Notes: generated from the sequence alone by a model not told the origin. 18,050 bases of DNA from an uncultured archaeon (GCA_964592405.1 CAZQBY010000016.1:1-18050); one strand, 5' to 3'; shown: positions 6,649-15,875, numbered from the stretch's first letter. Numbers and translations: made by a program.

Positions 6649-8235
6649 ATGCCGAGATTCATTGTAGTTACGGGTGGTGTTTTATCTGGTCTGGGCAAGG
6701 GTGTAACGACTGCCTCAATAGGCAAAATTCTCCAATCCAAGGGTTTCTCTGTAATCCCGATTAAGATAGATGGCTATCTCAATACCGACGCCGGGACCAT
6801 GAACCCCTATGAACATGGGGAGGTTTATGTGACGGATGATGGTGGGGAGATAGACCTTGACATCGGCCACTATGAGCGGTTCCTCAACCTTAACCTTGGA
6901 AAGGAAAACAACATAACAACAGGATCCGTCTATGGCACGGTTATTAGAAAAGAGCGCCGGGGCGATTATCTTGGAAAGACTGTTCAGGTCATACCACATG
7001 TGACGGATGAGATAAAGAGCCGGATAAAAAGTGTTGCCAAGAGCTCCAGAGCTGATTTTATCCTCATCGAGGTTGGCGGCACGATAGGGGATCTGGAGAA
7101 CATGGTCTTCGTCGAAGCCCTCCGGCAACTGTCTGCCGAGAATCCGGGAAGGTTTCTCTTTATACATGTTTCGTTTGTTCCGACAATAATAAGCGGCGAA
7201 CACAAAACCAAGCCTACACAGCGTAGTGTTAAGGAGCTGCAGAGCCTTGGGATACAACCCAATATTGTTATATGCAGGGCCGACAAGCCGCTTACCAAGA
7301 AGATTAAGGAAAAACTGGCTCTGTTCTGTTCGGTCCCGGAGAACTGTGTTATAAGTAATCCGGATGTGAAATCTCTCTATGAGGTTCCGCTGATATTTGA
7401 GAGCCAAAAACTCAGCGAGATAATATTCAAAAGATTTGGCATGAAACCAAAGAAGAGTGACCTGCGTGAGTGGAGCAAACTCGTAGAGCATGACCGCAAC
7501 CCAAAACGTAGTGTGACAATAGGAATTGTTGGAAAGTACACACACCTGAGGGATGCTTACCTCAGTATAAAGGAGGCTCTACACCATGCTGCCATAAAAC
7601 ATAATGCCCGTGTTGACATCAAATGGATAGAGGCAGAAGACATAGAGGATAATGGCGTTGAGAAATATCTCTCTGATGTTGCCGGTGTGATAGTCCCCGG
7701 CGGTTTTGGCATCAGGGGAACAGAGGGCAAGATAGCCGCCATAAGATACGTGCGTGAAAACAGGATTCCATTTCTTGGAATATGTTATGGTCTCCATATG
7801 GCCGTCGTCGAGTTTGCACGCAACATCTGTGGTATGACAGATGCCCATACTACCGAAGCGAACCCAGATACCAAATATCCGGTTATAGACCTGCTGCCGG
7901 AACAGAAACATACCGATGAGAAAGGGGGGACTATGAGACTCGGTGCCTATGAGTGCACAATAAAACGGGGAACCCTTGCATTTAGGGTTTATGGGAAGAC
8001 ACACATATCTGAACGCCATCGGCATCGGTGGGAGGTGAATAACAGGTTTAGGAAGGAGCTGGAGAAACATGGGATGGTCATCTCTGGCGTAAATGAGAAA
8101 CGGGATTTGGTTGAGATACTGGAGCTACCAGACCATCCATACTTCATTGCCTGCCAGTTCCATCCGGAATTCACTTCCAGGATTGAGAAACCAAACCCAT
8201 TATTCAACTGGCTTGTAAAAGTTTCCCTGAGGTGA
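6649..8235 (+). CDS. pyrG: CTP synthase
   Basis: Start ATG 6649 (MPRFIVVTGGVLSGLGKG). DAGTMNPYEHGEV, DLDIGHYERF, KTKPTQ and the glutaminase motifs PGGFG, GICYG and QFHPEF. Confidence 0.98.
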   Translation: MPRFIVVTGGVLSGLGKGVTTASIGKILQSKGFSVIPIKIDGYLNTDAGTMNPYEHGEVYVTDDGGEIDLDIGHYERFLNLNLGKENNITTGSVYGTVIRKERRGDYLGKTVQVIPHVTDEIKSRIKSVAKSSRADFILIEVGGTIGDLENMVFVEALRQLSAENPGRFLFIHVSFVPTIISGEHKTKPTQRSVKELQSLGIQPNIVICRADKPLTKKIKEKLALFCSVPENCVISNPDVKSLYEVPLIFESQKLSEIIFKRFGMKPKKSDLREWSKLVEHDRNPKRSVTIGIVGKYTHLRDAYLSIKEALHHAAIKHNARVDIKWIEAEDIEDNGVEKYLSDVAGVIVPGGFGIRGTEGKIAAIRYVRENRIPFLGICYGLHMAVVEFARNICGMTDAHTTEANPDTKYPVIDLLPEQKHTDEKGGTMRLGAYECTIKRGTLAFRVYGKTHISERHRHRWEVNNRFRKELEKHGMVISGVNEKRDLVEILELPDHPYFIACQFHPEFTSRIEKPNPLFNWLVKVSLR

Positions 8236-8255
8236 ATGACGGAGGGACCAGGCAA

Positions 8256-10484
8256 TCAGGACGGCTTGCTGGGCGGAGCCTCAGGCATCTGGGAGGTATA
8301 ACCTTGGGTTGTCACTCCTCCGCTCTGTATTTCCCCCTTCGTGGTTCCCGGAGGAGTTTCTTCAGTTCCCTCACTCTCTGCTTGTGGAGCAGGTTGTTTC
8401 TTCTTAGTCTTCTTTTTGAATCTCTTAAGACCCTTCTTCCAGAATACTATCATAAATATAACCACCAGCAGAACTATGAGTATGGGATTTGGTCCTGTCG
8501 CCCCGCTTTTCTCCATGATTTTTGATTTCTCTTCCGCCTCCTCCACGGCAAGAGCCCCGAACTCCCCACTGACCATGTTATTGGTCTCGTCAGCTTCATG
8601 CACTTCATTATCCGGGTCGACTACTATGCTCAGTATTCTGCCGTATGATGAGTTGTAGGTAAATGAAAACTTTTTGCTCGTTTCCTCTCCAGCACCAATA
8701 TCTACCACACCACTTGCGACCTCCACAGCATCTTCTCCTTCTCCAACCAGCAGCACAACCCTTACGCCCCTGACTCCAAAGCGCCCCCTGTTTCCAATGG
8801 TTGCCAAGACATCAATTTCTGCCCCATCTTCAACCGTCTCTGGAACATCATAATCAGATATGAACAGATCATTCCTGAGGGGCCTGTAAAGACCATTGTT
8901 CTCCTCGTTGGATTCGTTTACTTCATTGTCTCCATCTGCAAGCACGTAGAACCCCATTTCACCTTCCGGTGCCCGAAATTCCCAGCTGAGATTGAGTTCG
9001 GCAACCTCGCCGACCTCGAGTTCCTGCACGGATATATCGCCTATGAGCTGATCCAGTGTTGGTGATCTCCTGTAGATGAACAATTTTGAAGCTTCTGCAT
9101 ACACGTCTCCCTGATTCGACACATTGACTTCTATCACAAGATTGTCCCCAGTCTTTGGAAATTCATTTGACAGGGTTATGCTGTTCACCACAAGATCCGG
9201 TTTATCCGGGGAATCCAGCACCTTTATCTGATTGCTGAAAAGATAGGCGATTATAATCTCCAAATCGCCGTCCAGATCTAGGTCGGCCAGTGCCGGAGAT
9301 GCAAACAGTCCGGTGCCACCGAGATAGTCCCACTCCACCTCTCCACTCTCGGTTCCTATTACATAGAGCCTTCCCTCGCGGGTACCGATGACTGCTTCAA
9401 TCTCCCCATCCCTGTCTATATCAGCAAGAGCAGGAGAGGAGAATACACTCCACCCACCGGTTGGCACCGACCATAACAATCCTTCATTTTCGTCAGCTCC
9501 ATATATCTTGTTTTTTGAGTATTTTAGATAAACCCCGTGTAGATCCTCTTCAACTGTTGTGCCAAAAATAATAATATTTTTCTCTCTGGGGGAAATCCCG
9601 GGAGAAGAACTTATACTGGCGTTCACATCTAGTTCGGCTGCAATTTCGCCATCTTTTACGAAGAACAACTTTCCGCTCTGGGTGCCTATTACAACCGTTT
9701 GCGCCCCCTCTGCTGGTATTACTGCACCGGTAGAGAAGATTATAGATGATCCAAGGTCTGCACTCCAGACAAGACTCGAATCGCCTTCTACTGCATATAC
9801 CACACCGCTCTGGGACGCAAAGAACAATTCCGGATCACCATCGCCGTCCAAGTCAGCCAAGGACGGGGAGGATGATATCTCATCAGCAGTCTGATATCTC
9901 CATTCTGTGATCCCGCTCTCACCATCTATCTTATAGAGACTCCCATTGCTGGATCCTATGAATACCTCGGCATTATTATCTTTATCAAGGTCGTAAATCA
10001 GGGGTGATGACCTGAACGCTCCCACGATGGTGTTGATAGACCACAACTCCTGTCCTGTCGCTCCATCAAGTGCATATACCTCCCCGGCATTTGTTCCGAA
10101 GACTATGTCCTGGTCTCCGTCATTGTCTACATCCCCTACAGCCGGGGAGGAATGGATGCTCCCACGTGTGACAAAACGCCACAGGACCCTGCCGGTGTTG
10201 CTAAGAACTATCAGGCTTTCCTGAGGACTGTCCCTCACCTTGTCCAGCGGGACGACAATCTCCGGCTTTCCGTCACCGTTGACATCCGCCACAGCTGGCG
10301 ACCCGAATATTCCGTTTGGGGCTGTGAATGTCCACGACACCAGAAAGTCCTTTTTGAGATCACCGGTTTCTGGGCTGTAGCCTGTTCTCATGGGATTCTG
10401 CCTGAACATTGTCCATTCCTGGGCAGGGCTCAGCGACATACCTGCAATCACAAGTAATATAAACCAGATTCGCAGGGTTTGCAT
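8256..10484 (-). CDS. Secreted, C-terminally membrane-anchored FG-GAP/PQQ-like beta-propeller protein with two CARDB (Ig-like) domains
   Basis: Signal peptide; WTMFRQNPMRTG; eight S(S)P-hydrophobic repeats, six with DxDxDG-like Ca loops; two CARDB-like units ending NEVNESNEENN and NEVHEADETNN; TM helix ILIVLLVVIFMIVFW then a Lys-rich and Pro/Thr/Glu-rich tail. Confidence 0.85.
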   Translation of the reverse strand: MQTLRIWFILLVIAGMSLSPAQEWTMFRQNPMRTGYSPETGDLKKDFLVSWTFTAPNGIFGSPAVADVNGDGKPEIVVPLDKVRDSPQESLIVLSNTGRVLWRFVTRGSIHSSPAVGDVDNDGDQDIVFGTNAGEVYALDGATGQELWSINTIVGAFRSSPLIYDLDKDNNAEVFIGSSNGSLYKIDGESGITEWRYQTADEISSSPSLADLDGDGDPELFFASQSGVVYAVEGDSSLVWSADLGSSIIFSTGAVIPAEGAQTVVIGTQSGKLFFVKDGEIAAELDVNASISSSPGISPREKNIIIFGTTVEEDLHGVYLKYSKNKIYGADENEGLLWSVPTGGWSVFSSPALADIDRDGEIEAVIGTREGRLYVIGTESGEVEWDYLGGTGLFASPALADLDLDGDLEIIIAYLFSNQIKVLDSPDKPDLVVNSITLSNEFPKTGDNLVIEVNVSNQGDVYAEASKLFIYRRSPTLDQLIGDISVQELEVGEVAELNLSWEFRAPEGEMGFYVLADGDNEVNESNEENNGLYRPLRNDLFISDYDVPETVEDGAEIDVLATIGNRGRFGVRGVRVVLLVGEGEDAVEVASGVVDIGAGEETSKKFSFTYNSSYGRILSIVVDPDNEVHEADETNNMVSGEFGALAVEEAEEKSKIMEKSGATGPNPILIVLLVVIFMIVFWKKGLKRFKKKTKKKQPAPQAESEGTEETPPGTTKGEIQSGGVTTQGYTSQMPEAPPSKPS

Positions 10485-10499
10485 ATATTATTAATCACT

Positions 10500-10538
10500 G
10501 GTATGTAAAAAAGGCAGGTATGTAAAAGGTATTGAAAA
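10500..10538. repeat. Three direct repeats GGTATNNAAAA upstream of the beta-propeller gene
   Basis: GGTATGTAAAA at 10500-10510 and 10517-10527; GGTATTGAAAA at 10528-10538. Confidence 0.75.
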
Positions 10539-10608
10539 CCTTGAAGCCGAGGAATAGCAACTGGCAAGTATTGCTGGTAATCTCAGGAAATCTGCCAATC
10601 CAGACTGC

Positions 10609-11712
10609 TCACTCATATCTCAGGACTACTGCCGGGTTTAATGAAGCCGCCTGACGTGCCGGAAGGAACCCGCCGATGACTCCAAGGAAGGTTGCAAAGA
10701 GTGTAACGTTTATCAGGAGAGTGGGTGTTATCTTGGCTATGCCTGATGTCCCCAGTTCGGCGTTTATGGCCTCCACGGCGAAATAACTCAGGATTATTCC
10801 CAGTCCCGCGCCCACAAGCGCTATCATGATAGCCTCTGTGATTACTTCCATCAATATCTGGTAGTTGGTAGCTCCCACAGCCTTCATCGTGCCAATCTCC
10901 CTCCTTCTCTCCCGCACTGTCATAAACATGACATTCATTATCCCCAGTCCGGCAATTATCGCAGCTATTGAACCCATGGCGAAGGTCATGATACCTATCT
11001 GCCCGGCGAACTCCTGAGCTTCCCTTCGGGCATCCTCCTCAGTACCTGCCCTTATGTTATCATACAGATGGTTTATTTCATCGGCTATCTCTTTGGCATC
11101 ATTGATATTGACAGGCTTTATCATGAAAAGTGTCACCTTTCCCTCTTTTTTGAGTATCTCCTGAGCAGTCCTCAGCCCAGTAATAATGCCGCCATCTTCC
11201 TCACTGCCAAATTTCTGCAGTATGCCGACTACCTCATATTTCTTTCCCCGGATTGCTATCTCATCGCCTGTCTTGTAACCATTTTGTTCAGCAAAATCAT
11301 AGCCAAGAACTATCTCCGATGTTTCATCCTCCATCATCCTCCCGTCAGCAAACTCAATATCAATATCAAAGAGATCCAGATCATCTGTATCTGCACCGTA
11401 GATCGTACCCACACCGGGAACTCCTCCCACGACCATTCCTGCAATCCTTTCGACACCTGATATCTCACTCAGCTCATCCTCCAAGCTTTCATCTATCTCA
11501 CCTGTTGCGAAATTTGCCCAGCTGGTCCCCTCCGGAACAACTATAACCATACCGGAAAGATAGGACATTTCTGTTTCTATTATGCTGTTGATACCCTCGG
11601 AGAATGAGCTCAGGGAGGTTACCAGCAGAATCCCTATGGCCACACCGGCTACGGTAAGAGCGGTCCTTATCTTGTGCCTTCCCAACTCCTTGATAGACAT
11701 ATCCAGAATCAT
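10609..11712 (-). CDS. ABC transporter permease, MacB/FtsX family
   Basis: RHKIRTALTVAGVAIG, a large extracytoplasmic domain, GIMNVMFMTVRERRREIGTMKAVGA and PARQAASLNPAVVLRYE. Confidence 0.93.
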   Translation of the reverse strand: MILDMSIKELGRHKIRTALTVAGVAIGILLVTSLSSFSEGINSIIETEMSYLSGMVIVVPEGTSWANFATGEIDESLEDELSEISGVERIAGMVVGGVPGVGTIYGADTDDLDLFDIDIEFADGRMMEDETSEIVLGYDFAEQNGYKTGDEIAIRGKKYEVVGILQKFGSEEDGGIITGLRTAQEILKKEGKVTLFMIKPVNINDAKEIADEINHLYDNIRAGTEEDARREAQEFAGQIGIMTFAMGSIAAIIAGLGIMNVMFMTVRERRREIGTMKAVGATNYQILMEVITEAIMIALVGAGLGIILSYFAVEAINAELGTSGIAKITPTLLINVTLFATFLGVIGGFLPARQAASLNPAVVLRYE

Positions 11713-12830
11713 TCCATCCGCATAGCCTCTACAGGATTTACCTTTACAGCTTGATAGGCAGGATAAAGAGAGGCAATGCCCGCAATTGATATTCCATATA
11801 CCAGACTTAAGACCGCCAGAGTGGGGGTAACTGAAGCCAGTGGGATACCCATGCTACGGTTCAACCCCTCTGTCCCAACAAAACCAAGTAACACGCCGAT
11901 AATGCCTCCGATAATAGCGAGGATTATGCCCTCCTGCAGTACAATGGAGAGGATTGTCAGTTGTTCGGCTCCAAGGGCTTTCATTATACCAAATTCCTTT
12001 CTCCTCTCTATGACGGCCATCATCATAGTGTTTATAATGCCTATCGAAGCTACAATAGAGGCTACAAATCCAACCGCCAGTGTTATGACCCTGAGCTGGT
12101 TTATGGATTCCTGTGCTCTCTCAAGAGCCTCTGAAGAGGTCAGGGCTTCTAGATTATCATATCTCTCCTCTATCTCTCTGGCCACTCTTTCGGATTCTCG
12201 GACATCAGTTGGGCTGATTATTAGAGTAGTGGTATAACCCTCCATGCCATAGGTTTCAGCAATGCTGTCATATGAGCCTATCACCACATAGTCCATAAAA
12301 TTTTTCATCTCCTCCAAGATACCACTAATAATATACTCATCTTCATTTAAGACAAGTTCATCACCAACGCCCAGCCCTATGTTCTCGGATGCCTGATATC
12401 CCAAAACAACCTCATGTTCTCCGGATTCCGGCCAGCCTCCCTCAACAAAGTTGATATTCTCCAGCTGGAAGACCTCCAAAACGTCTAGGTCAATGCCGGC
12501 GACAAACATATTGCTTGCCGGGTCTATCATCACTGTCCTGCGGCTCACGGTATCCACACCGTCTATTTGCTGTATCTCCGGGATTATGTCTGTGTCAATC
12601 TTGGAAGTGGTGCCAGAAAAAGGATTGCCACCGCCGCTGGTAGTCCCCTTCTCGGCAACAACCACAAAGTCTGAGACGAGCTTCATCTGTTCCATCACCA
12701 TGCTGTTTATGCCCTCTGATATCGATCCCAGAGAGACTATCGCGGCTATGGCCAATACCACACCCAGTATGGTAAGGAAGCTCCGGATCTTGTGCCTCCA
12801 CAAAGACCGAAATGTCATATCCACAAACAT
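11709..12830 (-). CDS. ABC transporter permease, MacB/FtsX family (paralog)
   Basis: RHKIRSFLTILGVVLA, GIINTMMMAVIERRKEFGIMKALGA and YPAYQAVKVNPVEAMRME; ATGA overlap with the next permease. Confidence 0.93.
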   Translation of the reverse strand: MFVDMTFRSLWRHKIRSFLTILGVVLAIAAIVSLGSISEGINSMVMEQMKLVSDFVVVAEKGTTSGGGNPFSGTTSKIDTDIIPEIQQIDGVDTVSRRTVMIDPASNMFVAGIDLDVLEVFQLENINFVEGGWPESGEHEVVLGYQASENIGLGVGDELVLNEDEYIISGILEEMKNFMDYVVIGSYDSIAETYGMEGYTTTLIISPTDVRESERVAREIEERYDNLEALTSSEALERAQESINQLRVITLAVGFVASIVASIGIINTMMMAVIERRKEFGIMKALGAEQLTILSIVLQEGIILAIIGGIIGVLLGFVGTEGLNRSMGIPLASVTPTLAVLSLVYGISIAGIASLYPAYQAVKVNPVEAMRME

Positions 12831-12899
12831 TGTTTTAAACTGCCTTTTGGTTCATCTCTTGGTGTATTCCTATGAATGACCTTACAGGCGGTCGGAGGG

Positions 12900-12923
12900 G
12901 TGATCCATTTAGTGATCCATTTA
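12900..12923. repeat. 12-bp tandem duplication (GTGATCCATTTA x2)
   Basis: Exact copies at 12900-12911 and 12912-12923. Confidence 0.9.
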
Positions 12924-12949
12924 CTTTCTTCCTTTTCTTCTTTTTTCCT

Positions 12950-12975
12950 TATTTGTATTTACTATTTGTATTTAC
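12950..12975. repeat. 13-bp tandem duplication (TATTTGTATTTAC x2) spanning the COG1361 stop codon
   Basis: Exact copies at 12950-12962 and 12963-12975. Confidence 0.9.
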
Positions 12976-14452
12976 TGATGTCAATCCTCTCCTTTCTCTT
13001 GCTACGCCTTCGCAAATACCAGACGGCAGCTATGATCAGTACTACAACAACTACTGCTACTCCTGTAAGGTCAGTGCCATTCTTTGCTATCTGGTCGGCC
13101 TTCAGGGTTATGGTTTCCTCAACCACTCCGATACCGCTGGCCGATTTGTAGTCTTTATATGTCAGTCTTGCTACAATATGCGTCTGCCTTGGAAGATCAA
13201 AGCGGAATACCTTGTGTTTGTTTGATTTTATCTGGTCTGTGAAACTGGTTGCAAGGACCTCCCCATCCAAGGTGAGCAGCTCCACCTTTATTGCATCAGC
13301 ATCCCTGTTTCCATAGTTTGCTATGTCAACCTCAATCTCTTCACTGTCCTTATCGACATCAACATCTATGACCTTCAATTCGACATCGCCCTCAACCACT
13401 ATGCCCAGTGGTTTGGAATCTGTGAACTCCTTTTTTCCTCCCTCATGCTGGTAGGTGATGGAGAGGGTGCTTTCTGCCGGAACAGCCTCTGCATCCTGCG
13501 CCACATCAAACTCAAAATCCAGATAGCCGGTTTCTCCCACCAAGAGGCTGTCTAACAGCTTTTCGTTAGAGCCCCGTATCTTAAGGTCATCGGTTGTTGT
13601 TATTGACGCATAGATATTCTCAAGGTTGGTCTCACCAACGTTCTTGAGTCCTATCCTAACTATGCCTGTCCTGCCGGGCTCTAGAGCAGATTCAATACTG
13701 TCTATAACTATCTCCGTTCCGGCCTCAACCACAGTTACACCTATAGACTGTGTGTCCGTCTGGGTATTTCCACCTGCATCTGTATATGTCACCGTCAGGG
13801 TGACGGGCTGTATACCAACAGTTGCAGAGTCGCTGGCCCTTATTTTGAATGACACTTCTGATGACTCCCCTGCAGGTATTGACGATATGCTACTCCGGAC
13901 GTTCCCTATTGGATATACATAGGTGTTGCTTGGCGAGAGCGTTACTATCAGATCCTTCACTATACTTGCTCCAGAATTCTGTATGGTAATCTGCAGGTTC
14001 TCGATCTCACCGGGCGTCATCTGCATATCCGAGGCGAATATCTCAAGTCCTGAGCGGTATGCCACTGTCACCGGTATGTTCAGCTTGAAACTGGATGTCT
14101 CGCCGGTGCCATACTCATATGATCCCCGTGCCTCAAGTATATAGACACCGGGCGCGGCTGAGTCACTGACCCTTAGTGTAAATGCAGCTGATGATGTGGA
14201 AGAGGCAGATATGGTTTCCAGTCCGGATTTTCCAGCAGTTACGAAAATGTTTCCGCTCCTGCTGATCAGTTGCACTTCCACATCTTCCATGTCGGTTGCA
14301 GTCTCCTCATTCTCTATGGTAACTATCACCTGACCCACACCTCCGGGATTTATCTCGCTGGGAGTTACCTGATAGCTGAGGTCAAATGATGGTGCTGTTG
14401 CCAGCGCCATTCCAAGCACTGCAAAGAATGCCAGAACCATATATGCTTTCAT
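12962..14452 (-). CDS. COG1361 S-layer-domain / Ig-like repeat surface protein with C-terminal TM anchor
   Basis: Signal peptide, repeated PG...I.N.G Ig-like units, TM VAVVVVVLIIAAVWYL and a basic tail. ATG 14452 is preceded by GGTGA; GTG 14461 is an alternative start. Typical neighbour of archaeal MacB-type ABC genes. Confidence 0.82.
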   Translation of the reverse strand: MKAYMVLAFFAVLGMALATAPSFDLSYQVTPSEINPGGVGQVIVTIENEETATDMEDVEVQLISRSGNIFVTAGKSGLETISASSTSSAAFTLRVSDSAAPGVYILEARGSYEYGTGETSSFKLNIPVTVAYRSGLEIFASDMQMTPGEIENLQITIQNSGASIVKDLIVTLSPSNTYVYPIGNVRSSISSIPAGESSEVSFKIRASDSATVGIQPVTLTVTYTDAGGNTQTDTQSIGVTVVEAGTEIVIDSIESALEPGRTGIVRIGLKNVGETNLENIYASITTTDDLKIRGSNEKLLDSLLVGETGYLDFEFDVAQDAEAVPAESTLSITYQHEGGKKEFTDSKPLGIVVEGDVELKVIDVDVDKDSEEIEVDIANYGNRDADAIKVELLTLDGEVLATSFTDQIKSNKHKVFRFDLPRQTHIVARLTYKDYKSASGIGVVEETITLKADQIAKNGTDLTGVAVVVVVLIIAAVWYLRRRSKRKERIDISKYK

Positions 14453-14493
14453 TTTTTTCACCTTTTTTGTTTTTAGAGTGATTGGTTTTGGAA

Positions 14494-15213
14494 CTATGGT
14501 AATCGATTTTTGGAGCGAGGGCCGTCAACAAACTTGCCGTCAACTATGTGAAGCTGTTTTCTGGCCCTGCTGGCAAGTTTTTGATCGTGGGTTATTATGA
14601 TGATCGTTATTCCCTTTTTGTTTAGCCCTTCCAGCACCTCTATGACATTCAGCCCGCTCTTTGTATCCAGATTTCCGGTGGGCTCATCTGCCAGTATTAG
14701 GGCAGGATCATTTATAAGGGCCCTAGCGATGGCGACACGCTGCCTCTCGCCACCGGAAAGCTCCATGGGTTTGAAGTTTAGGCGGTGGCCCAGCCCAACC
14801 ATCTCCAGAAGCTCCTCAGCTTTCCGATATGCAACTCCCTTTGATTTTCCATCAAATCGCATAGGCAGGGCAACATTCTCCTTCGCGCTTAGAGCAGGTA
14901 TGAGGTTAAAGGTCTGAAAAACAAATCCAATCATCTTCCTTCTGACCATAGCCAGCTCGTTTTCTGTCAGGGTTTCTATGTCTACTCCCCCAAGTTTTAT
15001 CCTTCCGGAGGTTGGGGTGTCCAGACAACCTATCAGATTCAGAAGTGTGGACTTTCCGCTTCCACTTGGCCCGGTTATTGATATGTATTCGCCCTTATCA
15101 GCGTAAAAGTCCACGCCCCGTATGGCTGGAACTTCCACCTTACCCAATAGGTAGATCTTCCAGACATCCTCCATTTCCAATATGTGCTGTTTTGCCTCCA
15201 TATTTATTTCCAT
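14494..15213 (-). CDS. ABC transporter ATP-binding protein (LolD/MacB-type)
   Basis: Walker [18 protein letters not shown], signature [15 protein letters not shown], Walker [12 protein letters not shown] and ITHD. Start could be 15201. Confidence 0.96.
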   Translation of the reverse strand: MEINMEAKQHILEMEDVWKIYLLGKVEVPAIRGVDFYADKGEYISITGPSGSGKSTLLNLIGCLDTPTSGRIKLGGVDIETLTENELAMVRRKMIGFVFQTFNLIPALSAKENVALPMRFDGKSKGVAYRKAEELLEMVGLGHRLNFKPMELSGGERQRVAIARALINDPALILADEPTGNLDTKSGLNVIEVLEGLNKKGITIIIITHDQKLASRARKQLHIVDGKFVDGPRSKNRLP

Positions 15214-15815
15214 ACCAATTGCAAGTCCTTTAGGGTCTTTCTTAGTATCTCCTCAATTTTGTCTAGTTTTTTGTTCACATCGCTACTATCAACCTCCAGA
15301 GCCGCCTTGGATCTGAACCAGATTTCATATGCCATCTGGATCCACAGACAGATTATTTCATCCATGCACTTGGAGAAGTGTTTGTCACCTCCACATAACC
15401 TAGTCCTGGCATGGGAGTATATCTCCTTCACCCGGTTTTTGTTTTTCCTTAAAAGTTCTCTGCCATTTCCTGTCAAGGAGTATAGCCTCTTGCCGCTGGT
15501 CTCTTCACATCTGAGAAGCCCCTCCTCCTCCATGGACTGCAAAGTAGGATAGATAACCCCCGGACTTGGTTTGTAAAACCCCAAGAACTTTTTGGAGATA
15601 GTCTTCATAATCTGGTATCCGTGCTTGGGTCCTGATGAAAGTGTATCGGATATCAGCAGCCTTATATCGCCCCTCTCCAAAATCTTCTCCATGAAGAGCT
15701 CCTTTATGGCAAGGATTGACTCGAATGCCTTTCTGTCTTTGAAGACCTTCACAGCCCCCTCACTGTTCTCCAGTAATTTAAGCAGTTGTTCGTCCATTCC
15801 GAAATGCCAAAGCAT
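15204..15815 (-). CDS. PadR-family transcriptional regulator
   Basis: RGDIRLLI..LSSGPKHGYQIMK...YKPSPGVIYPTLQSMEEEGL...KRLYSLTGNGRE. Start uncertain (15815 or 15797). Overlaps the ATPase start. Confidence 0.9.
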   Translation of the reverse strand: MLWHFGMDEQLLKLLENSEGAVKVFKDRKAFESILAIKELFMEKILERGDIRLLISDTLSSGPKHGYQIMKTISKKFLGFYKPSPGVIYPTLQSMEEEGLLRCEETSGKRLYSLTGNGRELLRKNKNRVKEIYSHARTRLCGGDKHFSKCMDEIICLWIQMAYEIWFRSKAALEVDSSDVNKKLDKIEEILRKTLKDLQLVWK

Positions 15816-15833
15816 CTAAAATAAATGTCTAAA

Positions 15834-15855
15834 CAGATATATCTAGATATATCTG
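15834..15855. promoter_or_regulatory. Perfect 22-bp palindrome CAGATATATCTAGATATATCTG, probable PadR operator
   Basis: Equals its reverse complement and is built from two tandem self-palindromic AGATATATCT units; 19-40 nt upstream of the padR ATG. Confidence 0.72.
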
Positions 15856-15875
15856 GATGTTCTATAAAAACCTTT

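Noticed and set aside
12950-12975. Frameshift or truncation of COG1361 caused by the 13-bp duplication
   Set aside because: Collapsing the repeat still gives a stop (TAA) at the same codon, and the protein already ends with TM helix plus basic tail.
10500-12975. CRISPR array from the short repeats
   Set aside because: Repeats are 11-13 bp with 2-3 copies and no unique spacers; no cas genes in the window.
12872-13225. Hydrophobic plus-strand ORFs (12872..13225, 12876..13151) near a strong SD-like GGAGGGGTGAT
   Set aside because: Their hydrophobicity comes from reading the A/G-rich tract and basic tail in antisense; they overlap the COG1361 gene and have no other support.
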